Below are positions 37,332 through 48,008 of a stretch of DNA of 64,000 bases, in pieces (the stretch's first letter is position 1; the number at the start of each line of letters is the position of its first letter). The stretch comes from a bacterium (GTDB taxonomy: Bacteria > SAR324 > XYD2-FULL-50-16): the NCBI GenBank assembly GCA_018830885.1, contig JAHJRI010000327.1, positions 1,691 to 65,690 of the forward strand, given 5' to 3'. A program made the position numbers and the translations under genes. The notes under the pieces are model-generated. The model saw nothing but the letters and a program-made list of their open reading frames with translations. It was not told the origin of the DNA and did not search any database.

Positions 37332-37918
37332 AACAGTTGCAGCTTGAGGAGATCGTTCTAGCATCCGAAGCCACCTGGCGGAGCGATATCCTCAACCAGC
37401 TTGGAATTAGCCACCGTTGCCAGTCCCATCGATATGAGGAACCCATTTATACAGGCGGTTCCCTTCCTGATTTTGTCAAGCAGACGGCCCTTGAAAAAGC
37501 GCGTTCCATCCAGAATGAAAACCGGTCTGCCATTATCATCTCGGCAGATCAATTGATCTGTCTGGAAAGAGAAATTTTCTACAAGCCCGGGACCCGGGAA
37601 AAAGCGGTCGTGCAGTTGCAGAAACTCAATGGCAAGACCCATCAGCTAATCTGTGCTGTTGCCGTCCTGTTCAATCAAAAAATGGCGGTCCAGCATGAAC
37701 TAGCGACCCTGACGATGCGACAGCTGACATTGGCCGAGATCCGGAACTATGTCGATCGGGATCAACCCTGGGGCTGCGCCGGTTCATATAGGATTGAGTC
37801 TCTGGGGGCTTCCCTTTTTGAGGCGGTATCGGTGAAAGACCCGACGACCATCATCGGTCTGCCGGGCAACCTTTTGTTGAATATACTGCGTGAGTGGGGT
37901 TTTTCGAATCTGCTCTGA
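37322..37918 (+). CDS. maf: Maf-family nucleoside triphosphate pyrophosphatase
   Basis: 198 aa. IVLASEATWRSDILNQLGI, ...ISADQL..., ...GCAGSYRIE... Maf motifs. Confidence 0.85.
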   Translation: MSLKQLQLEEIVLASEATWRSDILNQLGISHRCQSHRYEEPIYTGGSLPDFVKQTALEKARSIQNENRSAIIISADQLICLEREIFYKPGTREKAVVQLQKLNGKTHQLICAVAVLFNQKMAVQHELATLTMRQLTLAEIRNYVDRDQPWGCAGSYRIESLGASLFEAVSVKDPTTIIGLPGNLLLNILREWGFSNLL

Positions 37919-37999
37919 TATGTTGTCGTTGCGACGGTTTTCGAGACGGACGGTATCAACTCCCTATTCCGCCTTGCTGCTGTTGATGGTGGACCCTGC

Positions 38000-38629
38000 T
38001 TAGAATGAGAGCTGAACGGATTCCTGGGATGGTTCGCTGGTCTTTTTCAGCTCCCAGTCCACCGGCACGGGTTTGATGCCTTCGATTCGATCCTCATAAT
38101 AGATCTGTTTGTGTTGAACACCAAATAGAAATACATCCCGGGTTACTTCCACATCCTGTCTGCAGTAGTCGGTTATCTGCAGCAGTTTTTCAGAATCGCC
38201 GTTCAGATACTCCTTGAACCATTTCAATGCCAGCATGCCATCAGCTGATTTTCCGACTTTCAAGGTCGGACGTGCGACATCATCCAACCGCACCCGTTTA
38301 CCGATCCGTTCCTTGATATCAACCAGCAAATCGAGGTTTTCGGTATTTTTGAGCCGGTTGATCACATCGTCCCGGTCTTTGTGTGCGGTATAATAACCGC
38401 TGAGAACTGTATAGTCGAATCCCAGGTGATTGTAGCCGATAACAACCGGTCCGGATAGGAGGTGATCAATGAGATCCATTACCTGATTTTCATAATAGAC
38501 ACAAAATTTCTGCTGACTGGAGTCCCAAAGGACACCAACGGACATTTTCATTTCAGCAATGTTTTGCCAGCCGCCCACATCCTGAGCTGAACGCTGGGTC
38601 TCCAGATCGAATACTAAAAAATCTTTCAT
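38000..38629 (-). CDS. RNase H-fold DEDDy-type 3'-5' exonuclease-like protein
   Basis: 209 aa. FDLET (ExoI), GYNHLGFDYTVL (ExoII), DYCRQDVEVT (ExoIII, Y-x3-D) in the expected order and spacing. Confidence 0.6.
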   Translation of the reverse strand: MKDFLVFDLETQRSAQDVGGWQNIAEMKMSVGVLWDSSQQKFCVYYENQVMDLIDHLLSGPVVIGYNHLGFDYTVLSGYYTAHKDRDDVINRLKNTENLDLLVDIKERIGKRVRLDDVARPTLKVGKSADGMLALKWFKEYLNGDSEKLLQITDYCRQDVEVTRDVFLFGVQHKQIYYEDRIEGIKPVPVDWELKKTSEPSQESVQLSF

Positions 38630-38830
38630 GTCACTATCTCAATCTTTTTAATATTTTTAAATTGGGTTTCTTCTGCAACTGCTGCTATACATCGACATCG
38701 ATCCCCAACCGTTTCGGCAAACGACGAGCGCGGTGTCGTTCCCAGATAATTGTGATTATGCTACATTAAGGAAAAGGGGTGGACTGTTGACGCTTCCTTT
38801 TTATCGTATTGGGATAAACTGAATCTATCA

Positions 38831-39754
38831 ATGAAAAAGCACATCAACTCAGTCCTCAAATCAGCCGGGGCTGTCCATATCGGTTTTCTGAACCGGTCGG
38901 CAGCACAGTTCGGACAATGGCTTCAATCCTGGTTGGACAAAGGATATCATGGCGACATGTCATGGATGAAACGGAATGCATCCTTACGCAACGACCCATG
39001 TTCAATTCTGGATGATGGAAAAAGCATCATTTCAGTAGCGTTCCCCTATTTTACCAGTCCCCCGGAACAATGGAGAGACCGCCATTTAATCAGCAACTTT
39101 GCCTGGGGAGAAGACTACCATGGAGTCATCAAAAAACGTCTTAAAAATGCGATACAGCAGATTACCCTTACAATTCCGGGTTTTAAAGGTCGTGCTTTTA
39201 CCGATTCTGCGCCACTGCCTGAAAAAATGATCGCTGCAGCGTGTGGAATTGGCTGGATCGGAAAGAACAGTCTTTTATTGTCCCCTGAGTGGGGATCTTA
39301 TATTTTTCTTGCCGAAATTGTCTGTAATCTCGATCTGGATTCAACACCACCCTTGAAGGATCGATGCGGCAGGTGTGACTTGTGTGTCAAGGCCTGTCCC
39401 AACGGGGCTATTCTGGGGGGTCGAATGATTAATGCGACAAAGTGTGCCAGCTATCTGACGATTGAAAAGCGGGGAGAATTCAGTTTGGAAGAAAAAAAAA
39501 GTATCCACTACCACCTTTTTGGTTGCGACTCCTGTCAGCTGGTCTGTCCCTGGAATTCGAAACTGGAAGCGCTGGCAGATACACCTTTTGCCTGTGATCC
39601 AAAATGGTTGGATTTAACCGTTGAAGAACTGGTGAATCTTTCCCCGGAACAGTTTGCCAATTTAACTAAACAGAGCCCGTTAAAACGCATAAAACTCGCC
39701 GGCTTGCAGCGCAATGCGCATGCCATTATCAGTAACACACAGGCAAGCGGATAA
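38831..39754 (+). CDS. queG: epoxyqueuosine reductase
   Basis: 307 aa. ...GYHGDMSWM..., two 4Fe-4S motifs CGRCDLCVKACP and CDSCQLVCPWN. Confidence 0.85.
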   Translation: MKKHINSVLKSAGAVHIGFLNRSAAQFGQWLQSWLDKGYHGDMSWMKRNASLRNDPCSILDDGKSIISVAFPYFTSPPEQWRDRHLISNFAWGEDYHGVIKKRLKNAIQQITLTIPGFKGRAFTDSAPLPEKMIAAACGIGWIGKNSLLLSPEWGSYIFLAEIVCNLDLDSTPPLKDRCGRCDLCVKACPNGAILGGRMINATKCASYLTIEKRGEFSLEEKKSIHYHLFGCDSCQLVCPWNSKLEALADTPFACDPKWLDLTVEELVNLSPEQFANLTKQSPLKRIKLAGLQRNAHAIISNTQASG

Positions 39755-39825
39755 TTGAGATTGACTCGGCTTTTCCGGTTGATCATACTGATAAGACGAC
39801 TTCAATCAAACCCAGCCCTTAAATC

Positions 39826-40836
39826 ATGGAAAACTTGACAAACGTTGTATCTGGGGATTTCCTGGAAGAGGATAAACATGAATACTCCTTAAGACCCCAG
39901 TCTTTTAGGGAATATGTCGGGCAGGACGAGATGAAGGAAAACCTGTCCGTCTTTATCGCTTCAGCCCGGAAGCGGAAAGAGCCGCTGGATCATGTTCTCC
40001 TTTATGGACCCCCTGGTCTGGGGAAAACGACCATGGCAAATATAATTGCCAGGGAAATGGCATGTGCGTTCCGTTCCACTTCAGGCCCCGTTATCGAAAA
40101 GCAGGGGGACCTGGCAGCCATTCTGACATCCCTGGAGCCGAATCAGGTGCTGTTTATTGATGAGATCCACCGCATGAACCGGGTCATCGAAGAGGTTCTC
40201 TATTCAGCGATGGAGGACTATTCACTGGATATCATGATCGGTCAGGGACCCAGTGCCAGAACAATCAAGCTGGACCTGCCCCGTTTTACTCTCATCGGGG
40301 CGACCACGCGCAGTGGATTGCTTTCAACCCCACTGAGAGAGCGTTTCGGGATTCCCCTCCATTTTGACTTTTACGAACCCGGGGAATTGAAGGAAATTAT
40401 TGTGCGATCAGCCGGGGTGCTTGATGTGCAGATCTTTGATGAGTCTGCTCTGGAGATTGGAAGAAGGTCCCGGGGAACCCCCCGCATTGCCAACCGTTTA
40501 TTGAAACGGGCGAGAGATTTCGCAGATATGCGCACCGACGGGGTGATCACAATGGAAATTGTCGATGAAACGCTGTCCAGGTTGGGAATCGATGACTTCG
40601 GTCTGGATAAACTGGATCGAAAGTTGCTGCAGCAGATCATCGAAATTCATGATGGTGGCCCTGTCGGTCTCAATACGATTGCTGCAACGGTATCCGAGGA
40701 GGGTGACACCATTGAAGAGGTTGTTGAACCTTTTCTGCTGAAAAGTGGGATGATCCGCAGAACTCCCAGAGGCCGAGTGGTGACAGAGAAAGGCTACCAG
40801 CACATGAAGAATTATGAATCCCATGCAGCATCATGA
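39826..40836 (+). CDS. ruvB: Holliday junction branch migration helicase RuvB
   Basis: 336 aa. [12 protein letters not shown], Walker [17 protein letters not shown], ...[10 protein letters not shown]... Confidence 0.95.
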   Translation: MENLTNVVSGDFLEEDKHEYSLRPQSFREYVGQDEMKENLSVFIASARKRKEPLDHVLLYGPPGLGKTTMANIIAREMACAFRSTSGPVIEKQGDLAAILTSLEPNQVLFIDEIHRMNRVIEEVLYSAMEDYSLDIMIGQGPSARTIKLDLPRFTLIGATTRSGLLSTPLRERFGIPLHFDFYEPGELKEIIVRSAGVLDVQIFDESALEIGRRSRGTPRIANRLLKRARDFADMRTDGVITMEIVDETLSRLGIDDFGLDKLDRKLLQQIIEIHDGGPVGLNTIAATVSEEGDTIEEVVEPFLLKSGMIRRTPRGRVVTEKGYQHMKNYESHAAS

Positions 40837-42155
40837 AAAAAGCGTTTATTCAGACATTCGGCTGCCAGATGAACGAACATGACAGCCGCAGGATAGAAAC
40901 CATTCTTATCAGGGAAGGATATAGCATCGTCAGTGAGATTCAGCAGGCCAATCTCGTGCTGATCAATACCTGTTCTGTCAGAAAGAACCCGGAAAATAAA
41001 GTATACAGCCTTCTGGGAAGACTCTCCCGGATGAAGCGGAAAAACCCGGATCTGATTATTGGTGTCGGGGGATGTGTTGCCCAACAGGAAGGGGAAAAAA
41101 TCCTCAAAAGGGCGAAATCGGTCGATCTGGTATTTGGTACAGACAATATTTTCCGGCTTCCGGAAATGCTGGCTGACGTTAAAACCGGAAAAAGAGTGAT
41201 CCATACAGACTGGATGCCACGGGAAAAAAAAATCCAGAATTTTATTCCGAGGACCGAGATTAAAACCGGGCAGACAAATAATGCCAAAGCTTTGATTGCC
41301 ATAACCAAGGGATGCGATAACTTCTGCTCGTTTTGTATTGTCCCCACAACGAGAGGTCGACTGGTCAGCCGCGAGAAGGAGAATATTCTCAGTGAAGCGA
41401 AGGACCTGATCAGCAAAGGGGCCAGGGAAATTCAACTGCTGGGGCAGAACGTAAATGCATACCGGGCTGGAGAAACCGGCTTCTATGAACTTTTGCAGGC
41501 GGTTTCTGACCTGGAAGGGCTCCGGCGGTTGCGGTTTACCTCACCCCATCCCAATGACTGGAACAATCGATTATCAGATTTGATGAGTACCCGACCCGTT
41601 ATCTGTAACCAGATCCATCTTCCGTTTCAGGTCGGTTCCGACCGCATACTGACGCTGATGAGGAGGGGACATACAACTGCCGAATATCTGGAAAAAATTC
41701 AGTATCTAAAGCAGGTCGTACCGGACATTGCCCTCAGTACGGACATCATTGTGGGTTTTCCCGGTGAAACAGAAGCCGAGTTCCTGGAAACACTCCATGT
41801 TATTGAAACGGTACGGTTTAATCTGGTCTATGCCTTTGTCTATTCGGAAAGACCCGGCACCCGGGCAGCTTCGATGGTCGATGATGTTCCCCAGCCGGTG
41901 AAGGATGAAAGACTGCAGCGGTTACTGAAAGTCCAGAAGACAATTCAATCGGAGCTGCTTGATCAACTGATCGGGTCGACCCAGGAGATCCTTGTCGATG
42001 GGGTCCATCCCCGGGAAAAAGCAGCAATGATTGGTCGGAATGATGGGAACATTCCTTTTATGATACCCGGCTGTGATCTGGAAATAGGAGATATGGTTTT
42101 AGTGAAAACCCGCGGAAGGAGACAATTTTCACTGATAGGTGAGTTATTGAACTGA
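40833..42155 (+). CDS. miaB: tRNA-i6A37 methylthiotransferase
   Basis: 440 aa. [13 protein letters not shown]0004 N-domain, radical [15 protein letters not shown]-terminal TRAM domain. 4-nt overlap with ruvB. Confidence 0.95.
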   Translation: MKKAFIQTFGCQMNEHDSRRIETILIREGYSIVSEIQQANLVLINTCSVRKNPENKVYSLLGRLSRMKRKNPDLIIGVGGCVAQQEGEKILKRAKSVDLVFGTDNIFRLPEMLADVKTGKRVIHTDWMPREKKIQNFIPRTEIKTGQTNNAKALIAITKGCDNFCSFCIVPTTRGRLVSREKENILSEAKDLISKGAREIQLLGQNVNAYRAGETGFYELLQAVSDLEGLRRLRFTSPHPNDWNNRLSDLMSTRPVICNQIHLPFQVGSDRILTLMRRGHTTAEYLEKIQYLKQVVPDIALSTDIIVGFPGETEAEFLETLHVIETVRFNLVYAFVYSERPGTRAASMVDDVPQPVKDERLQRLLKVQKTIQSELLDQLIGSTQEILVDGVHPREKAAMIGRNDGNIPFMIPGCDLEIGDMVLVKTRGRRQFSLIGELLN

Positions 42156-42164
42156 TCAGTCTCA

Positions 42165-42584
42165 CTATTCACCAATGATCTTGACCAGAACCCGTTTTCT
42201 CCTGCGACCATCGAATTCGCCGTAAAAAATCTGCTCCCAGGTTCCAAAATCCAGTTTCCCCCCGGTTACAGCAACAACCACTTCCCGGCCCATCACCTGT
42301 CTCTTGAGATGTGCATCTGCATTGTCTTCCCCGGTATCATTATGCCGGTACTGGGAAATGGGGGCATGGGGCGCCAGACGTTCAAGCCATTTTTCATAAT
42401 CCTGATGCAACCCGTGTTCATCATCATTGATAAAAACGGAAGCTGTGATGTGCATGGCGTTGACAAGCAGGAGCCCTTCCCGTATCCCGCTTTCCTGGAG
42501 ACAATGGGAGACTTCCGATGTAATGTTGATAAACGCCCGTCGAGACGGGACATTGAACCACAATTCTTTTCGATAGTGTTTCAT
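42165..42584 (-). CDS. yjbQ: YjbQ/UPF0047 family protein (secondary thiamine-phosphate synthase-like)
   Basis: Start [10 protein letters not shown] with AAGGGG 6 nt upstream. ...[18 protein letters not shown]..., ...NADAHLK... family motifs. Confidence 0.85.
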   Translation of the reverse strand: MKHYRKELWFNVPSRRAFINITSEVSHCLQESGIREGLLLVNAMHITASVFINDDEHGLHQDYEKWLERLAPHAPISQYRHNDTGEDNADAHLKRQVMGREVVVAVTGGKLDFGTWEQIFYGEFDGRRRKRVLVKIIGE

Positions 42585-42594
42585 TGGTGACCCC

Positions 42595-43860
42595 TTATTT
42601 TTTTCGAATGAGAGGAATGCGAATCGTTGAAATGGACTTGACAAAACCAGCCCTGAGAAGATCCCGCTCCTTCATAATCTGGATATTCTGCAGATCCAGG
42701 TATTCATCGATTTTTGTAAAAGCCAGGTTGCAGTATTTCAGGGCCTGTTCACGCATGCTCGTTCTTTTTTGATGATTCTGTATCAACAGCGAATATTCAC
42801 CAAACATCCGTGCCAGGAGAATGTGAGTTTTAATATCTTGTGGATCGATATGGGCGATTTCAAGCAGCTCTTTGATGACCTCGCTTTTCGGCATCTTTTC
42901 CTTGAGCTTGACCATTAGCTTGCGTTTTCTATATCGGCACTCCAATCTGCTGATATCTAAATTTAACTGTTTCAAATACACCAGGCGGAGAGTCACCTTT
43001 GTCTTGTTGTGCTGCAACTCCATATCCGTCGGTTCAAAAGATGGAACCTCCAGATTGAATGGCCCATTTGCCAGGTGAAGAAGATAGTTTTCAACTGGAT
43101 AGCGCGCTTCCCTGGATGCCAGGAGTTTTGCCAGGTATTTAAGATAGACCTGATAAACGAGTACTTCGTCTTGATATTTTCGAAAAACATCATGAATATA
43201 GGGCCAGTTTTGGGCGATTTCACCCGCATTGAGGGTGTAGTTTTTTCTTGATTCTGTCAGTGTTTCGGTAGCCAGTTTCATATCCATCATGGCAATTTGA
43301 CTTTTATCATTCTGCAAACGGGCCATCAGTTTTTGAGAATTTTGAATCGAAGGGAGCGTTTTCAGAATGTTGTCATACCATGTTTCGGCCTTCCGGCATA
43401 TTTCGATGACTTTTTGGGAGATCGTCTCATCGAATTGGTCCGGGAGATTGAATTTTGATACATAACCCGGTTTTTTCTGAGTAACCGCATTTTCAAGGAG
43501 CTCCACGATTTTTTCGGGGTTTTTGAAAATGGGGGGTTTGAGTCCGTTTAAAGCGTTCAAAAAATCTTTGCCGTCGAGATAGGAGAAGTAATTCTTCTTC
43601 TCCCACATGTTTCTAAAAATGACGTTCAACAGCTCATCGGGTAGATTGAATGTTTCCTCTGTTTCTCCTGAGTTTCTCTCATCGATAAGTTCAAGAATAA
43701 TGAAATGAAAGCCGTCCAGGATCGCGTTTGTCTCTCTGGGATATTGCTTCCAATACTTCACCATGCTTTTTTCCCGGTCTGTATGATTCATGGGAAAGAG
43801 GATGGCGATGAGCTCTTTTCCTTTTTGAGATGGTGTATAGGCTTTCAGATGTGTTGGCAT
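42595..43860 (-). CDS. hypothetical protein (421 aa), predicted all-helical, no recognisable domain
   Basis: Long ORF. Its TAA stop overlaps the SD of yjbQ (10-nt gap). Appears AT-richer than its neighbours. Confidence 0.6.
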   Translation of the reverse strand: MPTHLKAYTPSQKGKELIAILFPMNHTDREKSMVKYWKQYPRETNAILDGFHFIILELIDERNSGETEETFNLPDELLNVIFRNMWEKKNYFSYLDGKDFLNALNGLKPPIFKNPEKIVELLENAVTQKKPGYVSKFNLPDQFDETISQKVIEICRKAETWYDNILKTLPSIQNSQKLMARLQNDKSQIAMMDMKLATETLTESRKNYTLNAGEIAQNWPYIHDVFRKYQDEVLVYQVYLKYLAKLLASREARYPVENYLLHLANGPFNLEVPSFEPTDMELQHNKTKVTLRLVYLKQLNLDISRLECRYRKRKLMVKLKEKMPKSEVIKELLEIAHIDPQDIKTHILLARMFGEYSLLIQNHQKRTSMREQALKYCNLAFTKIDEYLDLQNIQIMKERDLLRAGFVKSISTIRIPLIRKK

Positions 43861-44174
43861 GGGGTTTGGAATTGAACCAGTCTGGTATATGTCTTAAAAC
43901 GGGAGCGGTCAAAAACCGCTTTGGGATTTACAGTTCGCTTTAAACGTGTTGTCATATACAACACATGACGGACGATATCATCAATCAGTCGCAGCTATAA
44001 GCCCGTTTGCACGTCGGGATCAATTTCACCTGTGTATATTACAGGAGCTGATATCTGATCGGATGTGCATCAGGCTATTCCGGCCAAAAGCCCGTATTTC
44101 TGACGGAACCATGGGCGATAGATAAAACATGTCTTGACAGTGCCCATTGGTGAAAATACAGGACTGTTTTTTTT

Positions 44175-44186
44175 GGATAATTATCC
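44175..44186. promoter_or_regulatory. Perfect 12-bp palindrome GGATAATTATCC within a TTATCC-motif cluster (candidate operator)
   Basis: Read directly. AATTATCCGT occurs at 44179-44188 and 44210-44219 (31-bp spacing), about 170 nt upstream of the heptose adenylyltransferase gene. Confidence 0.3.
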
Positions 44187-44359
44187 GTGGATAGCAACGG
44201 TGTCAGCAAAATTATCCGTAAATGCTAACATGGCAATACCAAAAACAGAAGCGCTATTTGGGTGCTTTTCAGGCAACCCTTTTTAAGCAAAAAGAACGAT
44301 CAGGGGGCTCAGCAGTCATGCTTAGCCGTGACCCCTCTGTAATCCGATAGACAAAAAAT

Positions 44360-44863
44360 ATGAGCCAAATCGGCCGTAAAATCTACCAGGATGCTTCACT
44401 TCTGGCAGACATCATAAAACAGCGGAAGGAGAGGGGCGAAAAGGTTGTGTTTACCAACGGCTGTTTCGATCTGATTCATACAGGACATACCCGCTATCTT
44501 GAGCAGGCCCGGCAAGCGGGAGATTGCCTGATCATCGGTGTCAACAGCGATGCATCCGTCATCGGACTCAAGGGAAACAAACGTCCGATCATCTCCCTTG
44601 ATGAGCGTATGGAAGTGCTGGCAGGGTTCTATTTTGTTGATTATGTCATATCTTTCTCTGAGTCCGATCCATACAACCTGATCAAGACGCTGCAACCATC
44701 CATATTAGTGAAGGGTGGCGATTGGGCTGTGGATGAAATTATCGGAAAAGATATTGTTGAAGCAAGCGGCGGGGCTGTTTTTGCTGTACCTGAAATTCCA
44801 GGGCAATCCACCACGGAAATAATCAAGCGAATTATAGATCGATATAAACCGACACCTACCTGA
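44360..44863 (+). CDS. hldC: D-glycero-beta-D-manno-heptose 1-phosphate adenylyltransferase (RfaE domain II type)
   Basis: 167 aa. VFTNGCFDLIHTGHTRYL cytidylyltransferase HxGH motif, ...GVNSDASV..., ...LVKGGDW... Confidence 0.85.
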   Translation: MSQIGRKIYQDASLLADIIKQRKERGEKVVFTNGCFDLIHTGHTRYLEQARQAGDCLIIGVNSDASVIGLKGNKRPIISLDERMEVLAGFYFVDYVISFSESDPYNLIKTLQPSILVKGGDWAVDEIIGKDIVEASGGAVFAVPEIPGQSTTEIIKRIIDRYKPTPT

Positions 44864-44865
44864 AA

Positions 44866-45969
44866 ATGTTTGACAGAAGGCTACTTGAAGATTTCGACTG
44901 GGTTCTCTTACTGACGGTCATCACCATTGCCGTGATCGGTCTTATTTCTATCTATTCGGCGTCATACAGTTACGGAACGGAAACCCCCTATTTTAAAAAG
45001 CAGATCATCTGGCTTTTTTTCGGGCTGGCAGTCATGGCTCTGGTTACGATGATTGACTACCGATTTTTGGAGAAGCTTTCTCCCCTGTTGTATCTGATTT
45101 CAATCGTATTGCTTCTCTTCGTCCTGTTTTACGGCACCGGGGGTCCAGGAACCCGAGTGAGTCGATGGATCAAGCTGGGTCCTTTCTTTATTCAACCATC
45201 TGAACTGGTAAAATACTCTCTGGTTCTGTTGCTTGCCTATCATTTCAATGAATCGCGCCGCATTGGTGACCTGGGGGTAAAGGAACTGGCCTGGCCACTG
45301 GCACTGACGCTGATCCCTTTTGCGCTGATTCTCAAGCAGCCTGATCTGGGTACGGCGATACTGCTGTTATTCGTATTCATTCCTATTATTTTTCTGGTTG
45401 GTATACGGTTAAAGATTATTCTTTTTACAACAATTCTGGGTTTTATCTCGGTGCCGTTTGTCTGGATATTCCTGCTTAAACCCTATCAACGCAACCGGTT
45501 CGAGACGTTTTTCAACCCGGACCTGGATCCGCTGGGAAAAGGCTATCAGATCATTCAGTCAAAAATATCTGTGGGAAGTGGGCAATTCTGGGGCAAAGGC
45601 TACCTGAAAGGAACCCAGGCCCGGCTTAATTTTTTGCCCGCACGACACACAGATTTTATTTTCTCTGTTTTTACAGAGGAGTGGGGTTTTTTTGGAGGTG
45701 CTATTCTGGTAGGACTGTATCTTTTTTTGATCCTGTGGTGTCTCAGACTGGTTGGTAAAACCAAGGATCGTTCGGGAACAATCCTGACGCTGGGGGTCAC
45801 AACCATTCTGGCGTTTCAGATCACCATCAATATCGGTATGGTCCTCGGTTTGCTGCCAATCGTCGGACTCCCGCTACCGTTTATGAGTTATGGAGGGTCT
45901 GCCCTGGTTTCCCAGATGATTGGCATCGGTCTGATTCTCAACGTCCGCATGAGGCGTTATGATATATAG
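44866..45969 (+). CDS. rodA: FtsW/RodA/SpoVE-family peptidoglycan glycosyltransferase (RodA-like)
   Basis: 367 aa, about 10 TM. ...IQPSELVK..., ...QPDLGTA..., ...LPARHTDFIFS..., ...LPFMSYGGSA... SEDS motifs. Confidence 0.8.
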   Translation: MFDRRLLEDFDWVLLLTVITIAVIGLISIYSASYSYGTETPYFKKQIIWLFFGLAVMALVTMIDYRFLEKLSPLLYLISIVLLLFVLFYGTGGPGTRVSRWIKLGPFFIQPSELVKYSLVLLLAYHFNESRRIGDLGVKELAWPLALTLIPFALILKQPDLGTAILLLFVFIPIIFLVGIRLKIILFTTILGFISVPFVWIFLLKPYQRNRFETFFNPDLDPLGKGYQIIQSKISVGSGQFWGKGYLKGTQARLNFLPARHTDFIFSVFTEEWGFFGGAILVGLYLFLILWCLRLVGKTKDRSGTILTLGVTTILAFQITINIGMVLGLLPIVGLPLPFMSYGGSALVSQMIGIGLILNVRMRRYDI

Positions 45970-45972
45970 CGT

Positions 45973-47442
45973 TTAATGCCAGTGTGCCCGCCGTTCCAAG
46001 GCTTTATCATACACGGCTTCGTACTGGATTAATGCCTGATTCCAGGAAAAATCCATCTTCATCCCGCGTCGCTGCATGGCGGAATAGGACTTCCTGTCAT
46101 TGTACCAGGTATGAAGTGCCCAACCAATGGTTTTTTCCAGAGCATTGGCACTGATATCATAAAACACAAACCCGGTTCCGGTTCCTTTCTTTTCATCATA
46201 ATTTTCCACCGTATCACTGAGGCCCCCGGTTGCCCTGACAATCGGTACCGTACCATAACGCAGGCTGTACATCTGATTCAGACCGCAGGGTTCGTACAGT
46301 GACGGCATGAGAAAAAAATCCGCCCCGGCTTCTATTAGATGGGCCAAGTCCGGTTTGAACCCAATATACGAACCCACCTTTTTCTGGTGATATTTAGGGA
46401 GATCTCCAAAATAGGAGGCAAAATACGGGTTGCCACTCCCCAACACGACCAACTGCAGTTCCCATGAGAGGATGGTGTCAAGACAATTTTTTAGTAATGC
46501 CAGTCCTTTCTGATCCACCAGTCGACCAATAAAGGCAAAAACCGGCACCTTTTCATTGATCGGCAGCAAAAAAGTTGACTGGAGTTGTTCCTTGCAGACC
46601 TTTTTGCCCTTTAAATTGCTCTTACTGTAGTTGGCCGGTATCGTCGGATCTTTTTCCGGATCCCACTCAGTAAGATCAATCCCATTCAAAATGCCTGTAA
46701 TATCATTTTGTCTTCGGATCAGAAAGGCGCTTAGGCCGCATCCACCCGGTTCGCTCAGGATCTCTTTTGCATACGTCGGGCTGACAGTCGTGACCTGATC
46801 CGCGTAAAAGATACCCCCCTTCAACAGGTTAATTCCCCCCATGGATTCAAATTCTTCCGATCTCATCTGCATCCAGTTCAGCCCCATAAAACTACTGAAG
46901 GAAAGATCGGTTTGTCCCTGATACCCAAGGTTATGAATCGTTAAGACTGACGCTGTCTTGTTAAAAAAATCCTTTTCCCACTTCCAGGTTTTTAAATAGT
47001 AGCAGAGAATCGCTGTTTGCCAGTCGTTGACATGAACGATATCAGGTCTGAATTCGAGTTGAATAGCCAGTTCCAGAACCGCTTTTGAAAAAAAAGAGAA
47101 CCGCTTGCCATTGTCCGCATATGCCGCATTGTTGTCGCCATAAACCGAACTGCGGGCAAAATATTCATTGTATTCAATAAAATAAACTTCATAAGCCGCA
47201 TCAGTTGTCAATTGCCAAACCCGGCAACTCATGCTGACGGTCCCCATCTGCACTTTCATGATCGATATCTTCTCCACCATCTGGAATTGTGACCGATCTA
47301 TTGTGCTGTAAAGGGGGAGAATGAGTTTGACGTGATGGTTTCTGGCGGCCAACTGTTGGGTCAGTGTCCCTACAATATCACCCAGACCGCCGGTTTTTAT
47401 AAATGGAACGGCTTCGGATGATGCGATTAAGATATTCATCAA
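45973..47442 (-). CDS. glgA: glycogen synthase (ADP-glucose type)
   Basis: 489 aa. ASSEAVPFIKTGGLGDIVG N-terminal motif, ...PSLYEPCGLNQMY... Confidence 0.9.
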   Translation of the reverse strand: MMNILIASSEAVPFIKTGGLGDIVGTLTQQLAARNHHVKLILPLYSTIDRSQFQMVEKISIMKVQMGTVSMSCRVWQLTTDAAYEVYFIEYNEYFARSSVYGDNNAAYADNGKRFSFFSKAVLELAIQLEFRPDIVHVNDWQTAILCYYLKTWKWEKDFFNKTASVLTIHNLGYQGQTDLSFSSFMGLNWMQMRSEEFESMGGINLLKGGIFYADQVTTVSPTYAKEILSEPGGCGLSAFLIRRQNDITGILNGIDLTEWDPEKDPTIPANYSKSNLKGKKVCKEQLQSTFLLPINEKVPVFAFIGRLVDQKGLALLKNCLDTILSWELQLVVLGSGNPYFASYFGDLPKYHQKKVGSYIGFKPDLAHLIEAGADFFLMPSLYEPCGLNQMYSLRYGTVPIVRATGGLSDTVENYDEKKGTGTGFVFYDISANALEKTIGWALHTWYNDRKSYSAMQRRGMKMDFSWNQALIQYEAVYDKALERRAHWH

Positions 47443-48008
47443 TTGTCTTTGCTATTAATAGATTGGCTGATTTTGGTTTCAATTTTCCGGGGATCGATCT
47501 TCCTGATTGCTTCAATCAGACTCTGAAGTTCAAATCGGGCTCGGCGTTTCTTCTGGGTCGCCTGCACCATTTCCATAATCTTTTCTTTCGAATACTGTTT
47601 TTCAGTTGTGGCCTGGTTTGCCTTGATAATCTTTCTTTTTTTCCTTGCAAGCCGCTTGCGTCGGATTTCTTCGGGATCGGGGGGATCCAGCTCTGGGAGA
47701 ACCTGCCGGGCGATAAACTGCTTTTCAAAATCCTTGATCAGTTTTCTTCTGATTACGGTCTGGCTTTCGTCGGGAATCTCAGATTGATTGGGGTCAGTCT
47801 GGGAGAGCAGATATTCACGGAAGTCGTCCCAGAGAAATCTCTCTTTGATTTCGCGGGCGATGCTGGTCAGATGATTCTGGTATTTATCATGTAGCAGGTA
47901 TTTCAGTTCATTCGCTGAGGGATCCGAGTGCCGAATCACTTTCAAGAGTTTCTGCAACTGAGAAGCGAGTGAATTGATATCGGCCTTGTATTGTGATAGC
48001 GATGTCAT
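47439..48008 (-). CDS. hypothetical highly charged protein (189 aa)
   Basis: ORF whose TGA overlaps the glgA ATG (ATGA). Arg/Lys-rich stretch RRKRLARKKRKIIK. No recognisable domain. Confidence 0.5.
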   Translation of the reverse strand: MTSLSQYKADINSLASQLQKLLKVIRHSDPSANELKYLLHDKYQNHLTSIAREIKERFLWDDFREYLLSQTDPNQSEIPDESQTVIRRKLIKDFEKQFIARQVLPELDPPDPEEIRRKRLARKKRKIIKANQATTEKQYSKEKIMEMVQATQKKRRARFELQSLIEAIRKIDPRKIETKISQSINSKDN

